64,000 bases of DNA, from positions 23,764-87,763 of the forward strand of contig CAAFTW010000046.1 of assembly GCA_900766045.1 (NCBI GenBank), read 5' to 3'. The notes beneath the pieces were generated by a model. The model worked only from the letters and a program-made list of their open reading frames with translations. It was not told where the DNA came from and made no database searches. The translations under genes were made by a program, and so were the position numbers. Of the stretch, positions 38,929 through 46,995 are shown in pieces (positions within the stretch are counted from its first letter, which is position 1; each line of letters opens with the position of its first letter). This DNA is from Clostridia bacterium (lineage in GTDB: Bacteria > Bacillota > Clostridia > Peptostreptococcales > Anaerovoracaceae).

Positions 38929-39633
38929 ATGAAGAGTGAAGTAACGATGGAAGAACTGGAAAAACTTCTGAAGACGCGTGAGTCCGGGAAACTGCTTTCG
39001 ATGAAAGAGATGGTGTTTATAAATATGGATTTATCCGGTATGGATCTATCCGGGCTTGATTTAAGATGGGCAGATTTTACCGACTGCCGGCTGGAGGAAA
39101 CACGATTTGACGGAAGTGATCTGTCCAACGCCTGTTTCCGCAGGGTAAGTCTGAAAGACGCCAGTTTCCGCGGCTGCACCATGCATGGAACGGATCTCAG
39201 ATGGGATGACCTTCGCGGCATGCACATTGAAGGCGCAGATATTTACGCTGCTCAGCTGGAAGGATCTCAGGTTGAGGGTATCGTCGACGATGAGAACACA
39301 AAACATTTCCGGATGGCCTGTCCGGAAAAAGGCCCGTTTGTGGGATATAAAAAGTGCTTCAACAATACGCTGGTACAGCTGCTCATTCCGGCGGACGCCA
39401 AGCGTGTCATGGCGACCACCAGGGCCGGACGCTGCAGCAAGGCCAAGGTCCTGTCCATCAAGACCTTCGACGGAACGCAGAGCTTCGAAGAAACCTGCGC
39501 ACTGGCAGATCCGAACTTCATCTATAAAAAGGGCTGCTGGGTGCATGTCGATACCTTTGATGAAAACCGCTGGCTGGAGTCCACACCGGGGATTTATTTC
39601 TGGCTGACCCCGGAAGAGGCCCTGGCCTATTAA
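38929..39633 (+). CDS. Pentapeptide-repeat protein with a C-terminal globular domain of unknown function
   Basis: Repeats (MDLSGMDLSGLDLRWADFTDCRLEETRFDGSDLSNACFRRVSLKDASFRGCTMHGTDLRWDDLRG), then a Cys-containing C-terminal domain of about 110 aa. GGAAGGA ribosome-binding site before the ATG at 38929. Confidence 0.65.
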   Translation: MKSEVTMEELEKLLKTRESGKLLSMKEMVFINMDLSGMDLSGLDLRWADFTDCRLEETRFDGSDLSNACFRRVSLKDASFRGCTMHGTDLRWDDLRGMHIEGADIYAAQLEGSQVEGIVDDENTKHFRMACPEKGPFVGYKKCFNNTLVQLLIPADAKRVMATTRAGRCSKAKVLSIKTFDGTQSFEETCALADPNFIYKKGCWVHVDTFDENRWLESTPGIYFWLTPEEALAY

Positions 39634-39698
39634 ATGGATCCGAGGCCTGCAGAATAAGCAGTCTGTTCCGGGAAAGCGGAGAGAGCGGGAGTGCGTGA

Positions 39699-40715
39699 CT
39701 AAGCGGACGGTGTCTCGCTCTCTGTTTCCTTGCGCGTTTTCTTTTTGTCCTCTCGGAAAAAGGCAATCGCAGTGCCCATCAGGATGGCAATTCCGCAGAA
39801 TACTTGCAGAGCGAAGGTCGGAAGCTGACTGTCTGGGATGATCATGGCAAGAATGCCCATGGCGGCTGCCGGCGGGATCCAGAGACTGCTTTGTTTGATG
39901 GTCAGGAAGCTGCAGACAATGACGCAGATTACACAAAGCGTCAGTGGAAGATGCAGCGTGTTGATGATCAGAAAGCGGAAAAAGGCGCCGTATGCCGCAC
40001 AGGCGGTAACCAGCAGTGAAACAGCCAGCGGGCGTTTCCGTGCCGGACTTTTCGGATTGGTGAATTCTGTAAAGGCAACCAGAACCGGAGGAGCTGCCAT
40101 GAACAGGAGTTTTGCGTTGATGGCGATCCAGGCAAACAGCATGACGGTGACGATGCGCTTTCCGGCACTGACCAGGTCATTTCTGCCCGGAGCAGGAACC
40201 GGTGTGAAGACGGCAGGAATACGTTTCCCGGTCCTGACCAGGATTTCATGCAGGATGATGACGCCCAGGGTCAGGGAAGACGCAGAAATCGGGTAGACGA
40301 TGCTGTGTGTCTGCAGGATGACCGGCAGGACTGCTGCACTGATGATCGGTGCCATGGTCGTTCCGCCGAAAAGGTAGAAGATCTGGCTGACAAGGAAGGC
40401 AAGGATGATCTGATACCAGAGCGGAAGCGGCACATAGAGGACAATCAGAAGTCCGGACCAGGCGCAGCAGCTGATCAGGATGAACATGCGCAGAGAGCTG
40501 ACTCTCCATGGCTGACGCGGTGAAACCAGATACCCCAGTGCCATAGCCGCAATTTCCGGGAAGATGACTTCTTTATCATGCATGCCTTCAGAGACGGCTG
40601 CCATGGCGAGCAGGATTGCGGCGGCGAAGATCAGAGAAACCGCGTTCAGTTTATTTCCTTTGCCAGTGCTGTTTTCCGTGCTGATGCGCGTGATTGCTTT
40701 CGTAATTTTCAACAT
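39699..40715 (-). CDS. Polytopic integral membrane protein, family uncertain
   Basis: 338-aa ORF that is hydrophobic throughout, with about 9-10 predicted helices. Weak ribosome-binding site. I recognise no diagnostic motif. Confidence 0.5.
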   Translation of the reverse strand: MLKITKAITRISTENSTGKGNKLNAVSLIFAAAILLAMAAVSEGMHDKEVIFPEIAAMALGYLVSPRQPWRVSSLRMFILISCCAWSGLLIVLYVPLPLWYQIILAFLVSQIFYLFGGTTMAPIISAAVLPVILQTHSIVYPISASSLTLGVIILHEILVRTGKRIPAVFTPVPAPGRNDLVSAGKRIVTVMLFAWIAINAKLLFMAAPPVLVAFTEFTNPKSPARKRPLAVSLLVTACAAYGAFFRFLIINTLHLPLTLCVICVIVCSFLTIKQSSLWIPPAAAMGILAMIIPDSQLPTFALQVFCGIAILMGTAIAFFREDKKKTRKETESETPSA

Positions 40716-41007
40716 TGTATTTTACCTTTTTTAGACATTGAGATTATTTATTCTTTATTTTACTACATATTGGTAGGTTGTACAAGAAGAGTGGGGGTAT
40801 GCTGTGCAGTGTGAACAGCTGTCGCAGGGAGGCAGCACGGGATGGCTTTCTCTGTAAGGTAGCTGTGGAGATTCCGTTCACGGCTCTGCCTGTCTTGCCA
40901 GGGGAGGGCAGCGTTCAGGTTTCCTTCTTTGCGCGGTTATTTTTGTCTGTTAGACTTCTTTTATGATAATTATATGAATAAATTTTCATATAAAGGATTG
41001 ACAAGCC

Positions 41008-41038
41008 GAGTTAGTTCAGCTAAACTAATATATGTTAA
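41008..41038 (+). promoter_or_regulatory. Candidate sigma-A promoter (TTGACA-17-TAAACT) overlapped by an 18-bp palindrome TTAGTTCAGCTAAACTAA (DtxR/IdeR-like box) upstream of feoA
   Basis: Inverted repeat read directly. It partly resembles the DtxR-family consensus TTAGGTTAGCCTAACCTAA. A DtxR-family regulator is encoded 2.5 kb away. Confidence 0.35.
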
Positions 41039-41139
41039 ATACAGCTAATGAAAAGCAGAGGTGTTTAACCTCTGCTTTCCGATGCAAAAAATCAGGACGA
41101 GAGATACCGTTATGCTGCGGTGTCTGGAAAGGAAGATCG

Positions 41140-41352
41140 ATGATACCGATTACAATGATGAATCCGGGAGATACGGTCAGAATTAAGAAGATTACCGGCA
41201 GTGACAAGGTGCGCCAGCATCTGTCTGAGCTGGGCTGTGTCGTCGATGGTGAAATTACAATTATCTCCAGAATGGGAGGGAATGTAATTATCCAGGTGAA
41301 GGACAGCCGCGTTGCTCTGGATCGCAGCATGGCAAACCGTATTCTTGTCTAG
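41140..41352 (+). CDS. feoA: FeoA-family protein (SH3-like), copy 1
   Basis: MIPITMMNPGDTVRIKKI...RMGGNVIIQVKDSRVALDRSMANRILV. GGAAAGGAAG ribosome-binding site before the ATG at 41140. Confidence 0.8.
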   Translation: MIPITMMNPGDTVRIKKITGSDKVRQHLSELGCVVDGEITIISRMGGNVIIQVKDSRVALDRSMANRILV

Positions 41353-41366
41353 AAGGGGGAAGTCAG

Positions 41367-41588
41367 ATGAAAACATTGAAAGATCTCCAGATCGGAGAGA
41401 CGGCAACGGTCGTGAAAATCACTGGTGCCGGTCCGACCAAGAGAAGAATCATGGATATGGGCGTGATCAAAGGCGCTAAGGTCATGGTCAGAAAGGTCGC
41501 ACCGCTGGGCGATCCGATTGAGATAAACCTGAGGGGATATGAGCTTTCCCTGAGAAAAGCTGAGGCAGAAAACATTATTGTTGAGTAA
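41367..41588 (+). CDS. feoA: FeoA-family protein, copy 2
   Basis: LKDLQIGETATVVKI...MGVIKGAKVMVRKVAPLGDPIEINLRGYELSLRKAEAENIIV. Ribosome-binding site AAGGGGGAAG. Confidence 0.85.
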   Translation: MKTLKDLQIGETATVVKITGAGPTKRRIMDMGVIKGAKVMVRKVAPLGDPIEINLRGYELSLRKAEAENIIVE

Positions 41589-41893
41589 CAAGTACAGTGT
41601 CCGTATGGCACGGACGAGTTTCAATCATTGATGGGACTGCTGATGCAGATCGATTGGAGTTAAATTTTTTTTCGGTATGAGTAAGATGCGGCTAACTTAT
41701 GGTAAGGGAATTGAACTCCAGAAAATGGAAAGCGCCGCGGACGCAAATCAGCGGCATATAAACGAAACGCGAATGGTCGCAGGAGAAAGTGATCTTCTGG
41801 GACCGGCGGAATGACACGCAGGAGGCTGTGAGCTGCAGCGCTCCGATTCATACATTCATTCAGCCTGCATGAGAAAGAAAGGAGAATCAGCGC

Positions 41894-44047
41894 GTGGAAA
41901 TTAAGATTGCGCTGGCCGGAAACCCGAACTGCGGAAAAACAACCCTGTTTAACGATTTGACAGGAAGCACGCAGTATGTCGGAAACTGGCCCGGAGTTAC
42001 CGTTGAGAAGAAGGAAGGACGTCTGAAGGGTCATAAAGATGTCATTATTCAGGACCTTCCGGGAATTTATTCATTATCTCCATATACCATGGAGGAAGTG
42101 GTTTCGAGAAATTATCTGGTAAATGAAAAGCCGGACGCTATTATTAATATCATTGACGGAACCAACGTAGAGAGAAACCTGTATCTGACCACTCAGGTAC
42201 TTGATCTGAACATCCCGACCGTTATTGCCGTTAACATGTATGACCTGGTCAGGAAAAACGGAGACCGTCTCGATCTCCATAAGCTTGCAAAAGAGCTGGG
42301 CTGCCCGGTTATTCCGATCAGCGCCCTGAAGGGTGAGGGCGGAGCCGAGCTCGTTGACAAGGCCATTGAAATCGCTCAGAAACATCAGAGAGCAGAAGCT
42401 CCGCATGTATTTGAAGGCAGCGTAGAGCACGCCATCGCTCATATCGAAGAGTCCATTTCACCGTTTGTGGATAAAAACAACCTCAGATGGTACGCCATCA
42501 AGCTGTTCGAAAGAGACGAGAAGGTCATCGAAGAGCTGAAGCTGGACGAAGCTCTGATGAAGCACCTGGATATGCACATTCAGGACTGCGAGAAAGAAAT
42601 GGACGATGATGCAGAGAGTATCATCACCAACCAGCGTTACACCTACATTCAGAAGGTTGTAGACGACGCTGTCCATCAGAAGAGAGCAAGAGGAAACATG
42701 ACCCTGTCCGACAGAATCGACCGTGTCGTCACGAATAAGTGGCTGGCGCTGCCGATTTTTGCCTGCGTCATGTTCCTGATGTACTATATTTCCATTTCCA
42801 CACTCGGTGGATGGCTGACCGACTGGACCAACGATACCCTGTTTGGAACATGGATTACCAATGCCGCAAATGCCGGACTGAAGGCGATCGGTTCCCCAGC
42901 CTGGCTGCAGAGCCTGCTGGTTGACGGAATCATCGGCGGTGTCGGAACCGTACTCGGATTCGTTCCGCAGATGGTACTGATCTTCATCTTCATGGCCATC
43001 CTGGAAGATTCCGGATATATGGCGAGAGTCGCCTTCATCATGGACCGTCTCTTCCGCCGTTTCGGACTGTCCGGTAAATCCTTCGTTCCTATCCTGATCG
43101 GAACAGGATGCGGAGTACCGGCGATCATGGCCACACGTACGATTGAAAACGAGCGAGACCGCAGAATGACCATCATGCTTTGTACATACCTCCCATGCGG
43201 AGCAAAGCTGACCATCATCGGCGTTATCGTTTCTACATTCTTCCCGGGATCCAAGTTCATTGCACCAGCAATGTACTTCCTCGGAATTGCCGTTATCGTC
43301 CTCGCGGGAATCGCACTGAAGAAGGTCGGCTACTTTGCTGGTGATCCGGCACCGTTCGTCATGGAGCTGCCTGCTTACCATCTTCCGACGGTAAAGGGTG
43401 TTGCCATCCATACATGGGACCGCGCTAAGCACTTCATCATGAAGGCCGGAACAATCATCTTCTCCATCACCGTAATTCTGTGGTTCCTGCAGAGCTTCAA
43501 CTTCCACATGCAGATGGTTGACATGAACCACTCCATGCTGGCCGCTATCGGACATGCACTGCACTGGATCTTCATTCCGCTCGGATTCGGAAGCTGGAAG
43601 GGAACGGTTGCCGCGATTTCCGCCTTCGCCGCAAAAGAGCAGGCGACATCCACGCTGGCACTGCTCGGTGGATTCAGCGAAGCAAGCAGAGTCGGAATGC
43701 ATGCGATCTTCGCAGGCCCTGGAGTTCCGTCTGCTACACTGGCAGCCTTCAGCTTCCTGATGTTCAACCTCTTCGACCCACCGTGCCTGGTTGCCATGGT
43801 AACTGCATTCAAGGAGCAGGGTCAGCAGAGATGGGGCTGGTACACCGTAGGATTCCAGTTCCTGGTCGGTTTCATGATGTCCTTCATCACCTATCAGATG
43901 GGAGCATGGCTGATTTACGGTGTCTCCTTTGGTGTTGGACAGGCTGTTGCTCTGGTGGTCATCGCATTTATTGTTTACTGCGTTGTCCGCAAGCCGTCTA
44001 AGGGTAAGAGTGAACATCTGCCGGAAGGCGAGCCTGCCGTTAAATAA
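41894..44047 (+). CDS. feoB: Ferrous iron transporter B (GTPase plus permease)
   Basis: G1 (GNPNCGKTTLFN), G3 (DLPG), NxxD, then a membrane domain with gate motifs. GTG start at 41894 with a GGAGAA ribosome-binding site. Confidence 0.92.
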   Translation: MEIKIALAGNPNCGKTTLFNDLTGSTQYVGNWPGVTVEKKEGRLKGHKDVIIQDLPGIYSLSPYTMEEVVSRNYLVNEKPDAIINIIDGTNVERNLYLTTQVLDLNIPTVIAVNMYDLVRKNGDRLDLHKLAKELGCPVIPISALKGEGGAELVDKAIEIAQKHQRAEAPHVFEGSVEHAIAHIEESISPFVDKNNLRWYAIKLFERDEKVIEELKLDEALMKHLDMHIQDCEKEMDDDAESIITNQRYTYIQKVVDDAVHQKRARGNMTLSDRIDRVVTNKWLALPIFACVMFLMYYISISTLGGWLTDWTNDTLFGTWITNAANAGLKAIGSPAWLQSLLVDGIIGGVGTVLGFVPQMVLIFIFMAILEDSGYMARVAFIMDRLFRRFGLSGKSFVPILIGTGCGVPAIMATRTIENERDRRMTIMLCTYLPCGAKLTIIGVIVSTFFPGSKFIAPAMYFLGIAVIVLAGIALKKVGYFAGDPAPFVMELPAYHLPTVKGVAIHTWDRAKHFIMKAGTIIFSITVILWFLQSFNFHMQMVDMNHSMLAAIGHALHWIFIPLGFGSWKGTVAAISAFAAKEQATSTLALLGGFSEASRVGMHAIFAGPGVPSATLAAFSFLMFNLFDPPCLVAMVTAFKEQGQQRWGWYTVGFQFLVGFMMSFITYQMGAWLIYGVSFGVGQAVALVVIAFIVYCVVRKPSKGKSEHLPEGEPAVK

Positions 44048-44367
44048 CCCAATACGCGGTTAATCCTTCCTCAGGGACAAAATGTAACTGAGCAAGGTTA
44101 ATCGGATGAAATCTGCCGATTTCATCTCTTGCACCGGACTGCCCGGTACTGTAAAGTGCCGGCGGCCCGGTTATAAAAAATACATGAGTTAGACATATCT
44201 AATTAATAATAGACGTGTTTAACAAAGAAGTGGATGGGTATCATAAGAATGTCTTCAGAAGGAGCAAGTTACCTTTTGGAAACACACAAACACACAAACA
44301 ATAAACAAACTCAGATAAAAATATTGAGAAAGATCGGCCTGATGCGGCTGCTTTTGGAGGTATTGAT

Positions 44368-44553
44368 ATGAACCCTATTGTTATTATCCTGATTATTGTA
44401 ATTGCTGCATTGTTCCTGCTTGCGCTCCGTCACTCGATCAAGAATGCCGGAAAGTGCAGTGACTGTGACGGAACCAAGTGCGGAACCTGTGCGGCACTGA
44501 ATGAGATGGCGGAAGACCTGCAGAAGAAAGAGGCAGGCCGAGCGCAGAAGTAA
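44368..44553 (+). CDS. FeoB-associated Cys-rich small membrane protein
   Basis: One transmembrane helix, then CSDCDGTKCGTC. Ribosome-binding site TGGAGG. Confidence 0.7.
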   Translation: MNPIVIILIIVIAALFLLALRHSIKNAGKCSDCDGTKCGTCAALNEMAEDLQKKEAGRAQK

Positions 44554-44604
44554 ATATGCACAGGACAGATCCGTTCTGTTCCTGTGTGGAATAGGAGGTA
44601 TTTC

Positions 44605-44889
44605 GTGAGTGTTGTTATTTTAGGCGGAAACGAACGCATGGAGCGTAAATACGCAGATATCTGTAAAGAGTACAATTACAGTGCCAAGGTTTTTACCAAG
44701 ATCAAAAGCGGACTGAAGGGAAGAATCGGAAATCCTGATCTTCTCGTTATGTTTACCAGTACAATGTCGCATAAAATGGTGCGTGCAGCTGTGGCTGCGA
44801 TCAACGAAGACAGTGTCGACATTGTCCATGCGCCGAGCAGCTCCGCCAGCGCACTCCAAAATATCCTTCAGAGCAGGGCAGAAGCGTAA
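44605..44889 (+). CDS. DUF2325-like small protein
   Basis: VVILGGNERM...LLVMFTSTMSHKMVRAAVAAI. GGAGG ribosome-binding site before the GTG at 44605. Confidence 0.55.
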   Translation: MSVVILGGNERMERKYADICKEYNYSAKVFTKIKSGLKGRIGNPDLLVMFTSTMSHKMVRAAVAAINEDSVDIVHAPSSSASALQNILQSRAEA

Positions 44890-45075
44890 ATCTGTTTCCT
44901 GCAGCCTGTAAGTTTCTGACAGGGGAGAGAGAAGATAAGAATAGGGGCCGTTGCACGAAGTTAGGAAACTGACTTAGGGCGACGGCCTCTTTCATTCTGT
45001 TATTCATCTTCGTTACACCGGCCTGATGCCGCTGCTCCGGAGGGCAGCGATTTAGTCCGCATTTCCTGCAGAGAA

Positions 45076-45990
45076 CTAGTCCTCATCCCGGAAGTTCAGT
45101 GTCTTCTTCAGTCCGTCTACGCCGACCCTGGCCTTCGGGAAAACATCTGTCGCGTTGGACTCATATTCTTTCGGGTCACGGATGCTCTGGCTGAAGTGGG
45201 TGAGCCAGAGTTCCCGGGCATTGGCTTCTTTCGCGAGGCCTGCGGCTTCAGCGAAGGTCATGTGCCCCCACTGTTTAGCCTTTTCAATTTTCTCGTCGTC
45301 CGGGTAGTTTCCTTCCAGAACCATCAGGTCGGCGTCTTTACCGTATTTCACGATGCTTTCGCAGGGTCTGGTGTCGGTGGAATACAGGATCTTCAGTCCC
45401 GGACGCTGTGAACCGAGCACGTCCTCAGGCTTATAGAGATGATCACCGATCTTGACCGGCTCTCCGCTTTGCAGAACCGACCAGGCGCGGATGGGTATTC
45501 CCAGCGCTTTTGCCTTGTCAGGGTCGAATTTGCCGCAGCGCGGCAGGCTGATCTGATAGCCCAGGCAGGGAATGACATGCTGCACCGGGAAAGCCTCAAT
45601 CTGCATATCTCCGCAGCTCAGCTCCGTCTCCGCCTTTCCGTCCGTCTCGCAGGCCAGCACCTTGAATTGAAGCGGCGCAATCACAAGCAGGCACTGCAGA
45701 AGATTGGCCAGTCCCGGCGGCCCGATGACGGTGACATCTTCTGTACGTCCGGCATTTCCCATGGACAAAAGCAGACCGGCAAGACCCGCAACGTGGTCGG
45801 CGTGAAAATGCGTCAGGCAGATCGTGTCAATCGTCTTCAGCCGGCAGGAAGCCTCTGCCATGGCAATCTGCGTTCCCTCACCGCAGTCAATTAAAATACT
45901 GTGTCCTTTAGAAGTTATATAAAAAGAAGTCAGCCAGCGGTGCTTCAGTGGAACCATGCCGGCTGTACCGAGCAGGCAGACATCAATCAT
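45076..45990 (-). CDS. rnz: Ribonuclease Z (metallo-beta-lactamase fold tRNA 3' endonuclease)
   Basis: HFHADHVAG (HxHxDH) motif plus downstream His/Asp ligands. Length matches short-form RNase Z. Confidence 0.85.
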   Translation of the reverse strand: MIDVCLLGTAGMVPLKHRWLTSFYITSKGHSILIDCGEGTQIAMAEASCRLKTIDTICLTHFHADHVAGLAGLLLSMGNAGRTEDVTVIGPPGLANLLQCLLVIAPLQFKVLACETDGKAETELSCGDMQIEAFPVQHVIPCLGYQISLPRCGKFDPDKAKALGIPIRAWSVLQSGEPVKIGDHLYKPEDVLGSQRPGLKILYSTDTRPCESIVKYGKDADLMVLEGNYPDDEKIEKAKQWGHMTFAEAAGLAKEANARELWLTHFSQSIRDPKEYESNATDVFPKARVGVDGLKKTLNFRDED

Positions 45991-46470
45991 AATGCATCGT
46001 CCTTTCTGTAATTTTCTTTGTTATACCTATTTTAACGTGTTTTCACGAATATGTAAATCAGCCAGCTAGTGATGGTGTCAAGAGCTGGTGGGAGTTTTCG
46101 CTGACCGATCTCCAAGTTGTTTTGTGGTCTGTACGCAGCCTGTGCCTGGAACGCCTCTCGGCTCCCTTCGCGCATGCTCACGCTTCCGACTCCGCCGGCC
46201 CTTTCCGGGCCGCCGATCGTCTGGCAGCGAGGCGCTCAGAAGTCCATGCACAGGCTGCGTTACAGACTCACATTCAATCCGCTTAATAGATCTCTTGCTG
46301 CTCCACAGCTCCTGACACCATTTTAGCTGACAGATGTCTGCCCAAATTCTGTGATTCATGATAGAATAAAGAATGGTATAAAAATGCAGAAAGGCCAGAG
46401 CTGCAGAGTGAAGAAGAACCTCTGCTTCTGGCTTCAGAATATCAAATCTATTCAGGAAGGAACTTAAGTC

Positions 46471-46995
46471 ATGAATCAGAATATAGATTTTCAGAAACTG
46501 CGTGAGGATGCAGTTCATATTTTCCATAATGGTTTTGCCTGTTCAGAATCGGTGATTTACGCGATTCAGCAGGATCTGGATCCGGAAATCCCGGATGAAT
46601 TGATTGCGGCAAGCAGCGGCTTTCCCTGGGGCATGGGCGGGGCAGGATGTTCCTGCGGCGCTCTGGCAGGAGGCGTCATGCTGATCGGCCATTATTTCGG
46701 AAGAAAAGAGCCAAAGGGAGCCGAGTACGCGAACTGCCAGAGGCTGACCAGGGAGTATCACGATGCCTTCTGCAGCTGCGCCGGACACGCCTGCTGCGGC
46801 GCGATTATCTCCGGCATGGAGAAAAACTCTGATGAAAGAAAAAATAAATGCACGGGAATCGTCGAGTACGCCGTTACGAAAACCGCGCAGATTATTCTGA
46901 GGGAGAAGGGTCTTCTGACGGAAGAGAAGAATCAGGAACTTCAGCGGTGGCTGGATAATAAGGCGGCAGACTGCAGAAAGCGGGAGCAGGCATGA
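46471..46995 (+). CDS. C_GCAxxG_C_C family putative redox-active protein (second paralog in the window)
   Basis: GFACSESVIYAI...GMGGAGCSCGALAGGVMLIGHYFG...CAGHACCGAI. Ribosome-binding site GGAAGGAA. The stop overlaps the start of the next gene (ATGA). Confidence 0.75.
   Translation: MNQNIDFQKLREDAVHIFHNGFACSESVIYAIQQDLDPEIPDELIAASSGFPWGMGGAGCSCGALAGGVMLIGHYFGRKEPKGAEYANCQRLTREYHDAFCSCAGHACCGAIISGMEKNSDERKNKCTGIVEYAVTKTAQIILREKGLLTEEKNQELQRWLDNKAADCRKREQA

Noticed and set aside
44283-44315. CACACAAACACACAAACAATAAACAAAC low-complexity stretch upstream of the small Cys-rich gene.
   Set aside because: Short A/C-rich simple sequence with no repeat structure beyond two or three imperfect units. 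Probably a spacer or promoter-region composition rather than a functional repeat.
46078-46527. 149-aa minus-strand ORF and 60-75-aa plus-strand ORFs in the rnz / C_GCAxxG intergenic region.
   Set aside because: Low-complexity Arg/Pro/Ser-rich translations, no ribosome-binding site, and overlap with the ribosome-binding site and start of the downstream operon. More likely non-coding GC-rich structure; see the finding above.
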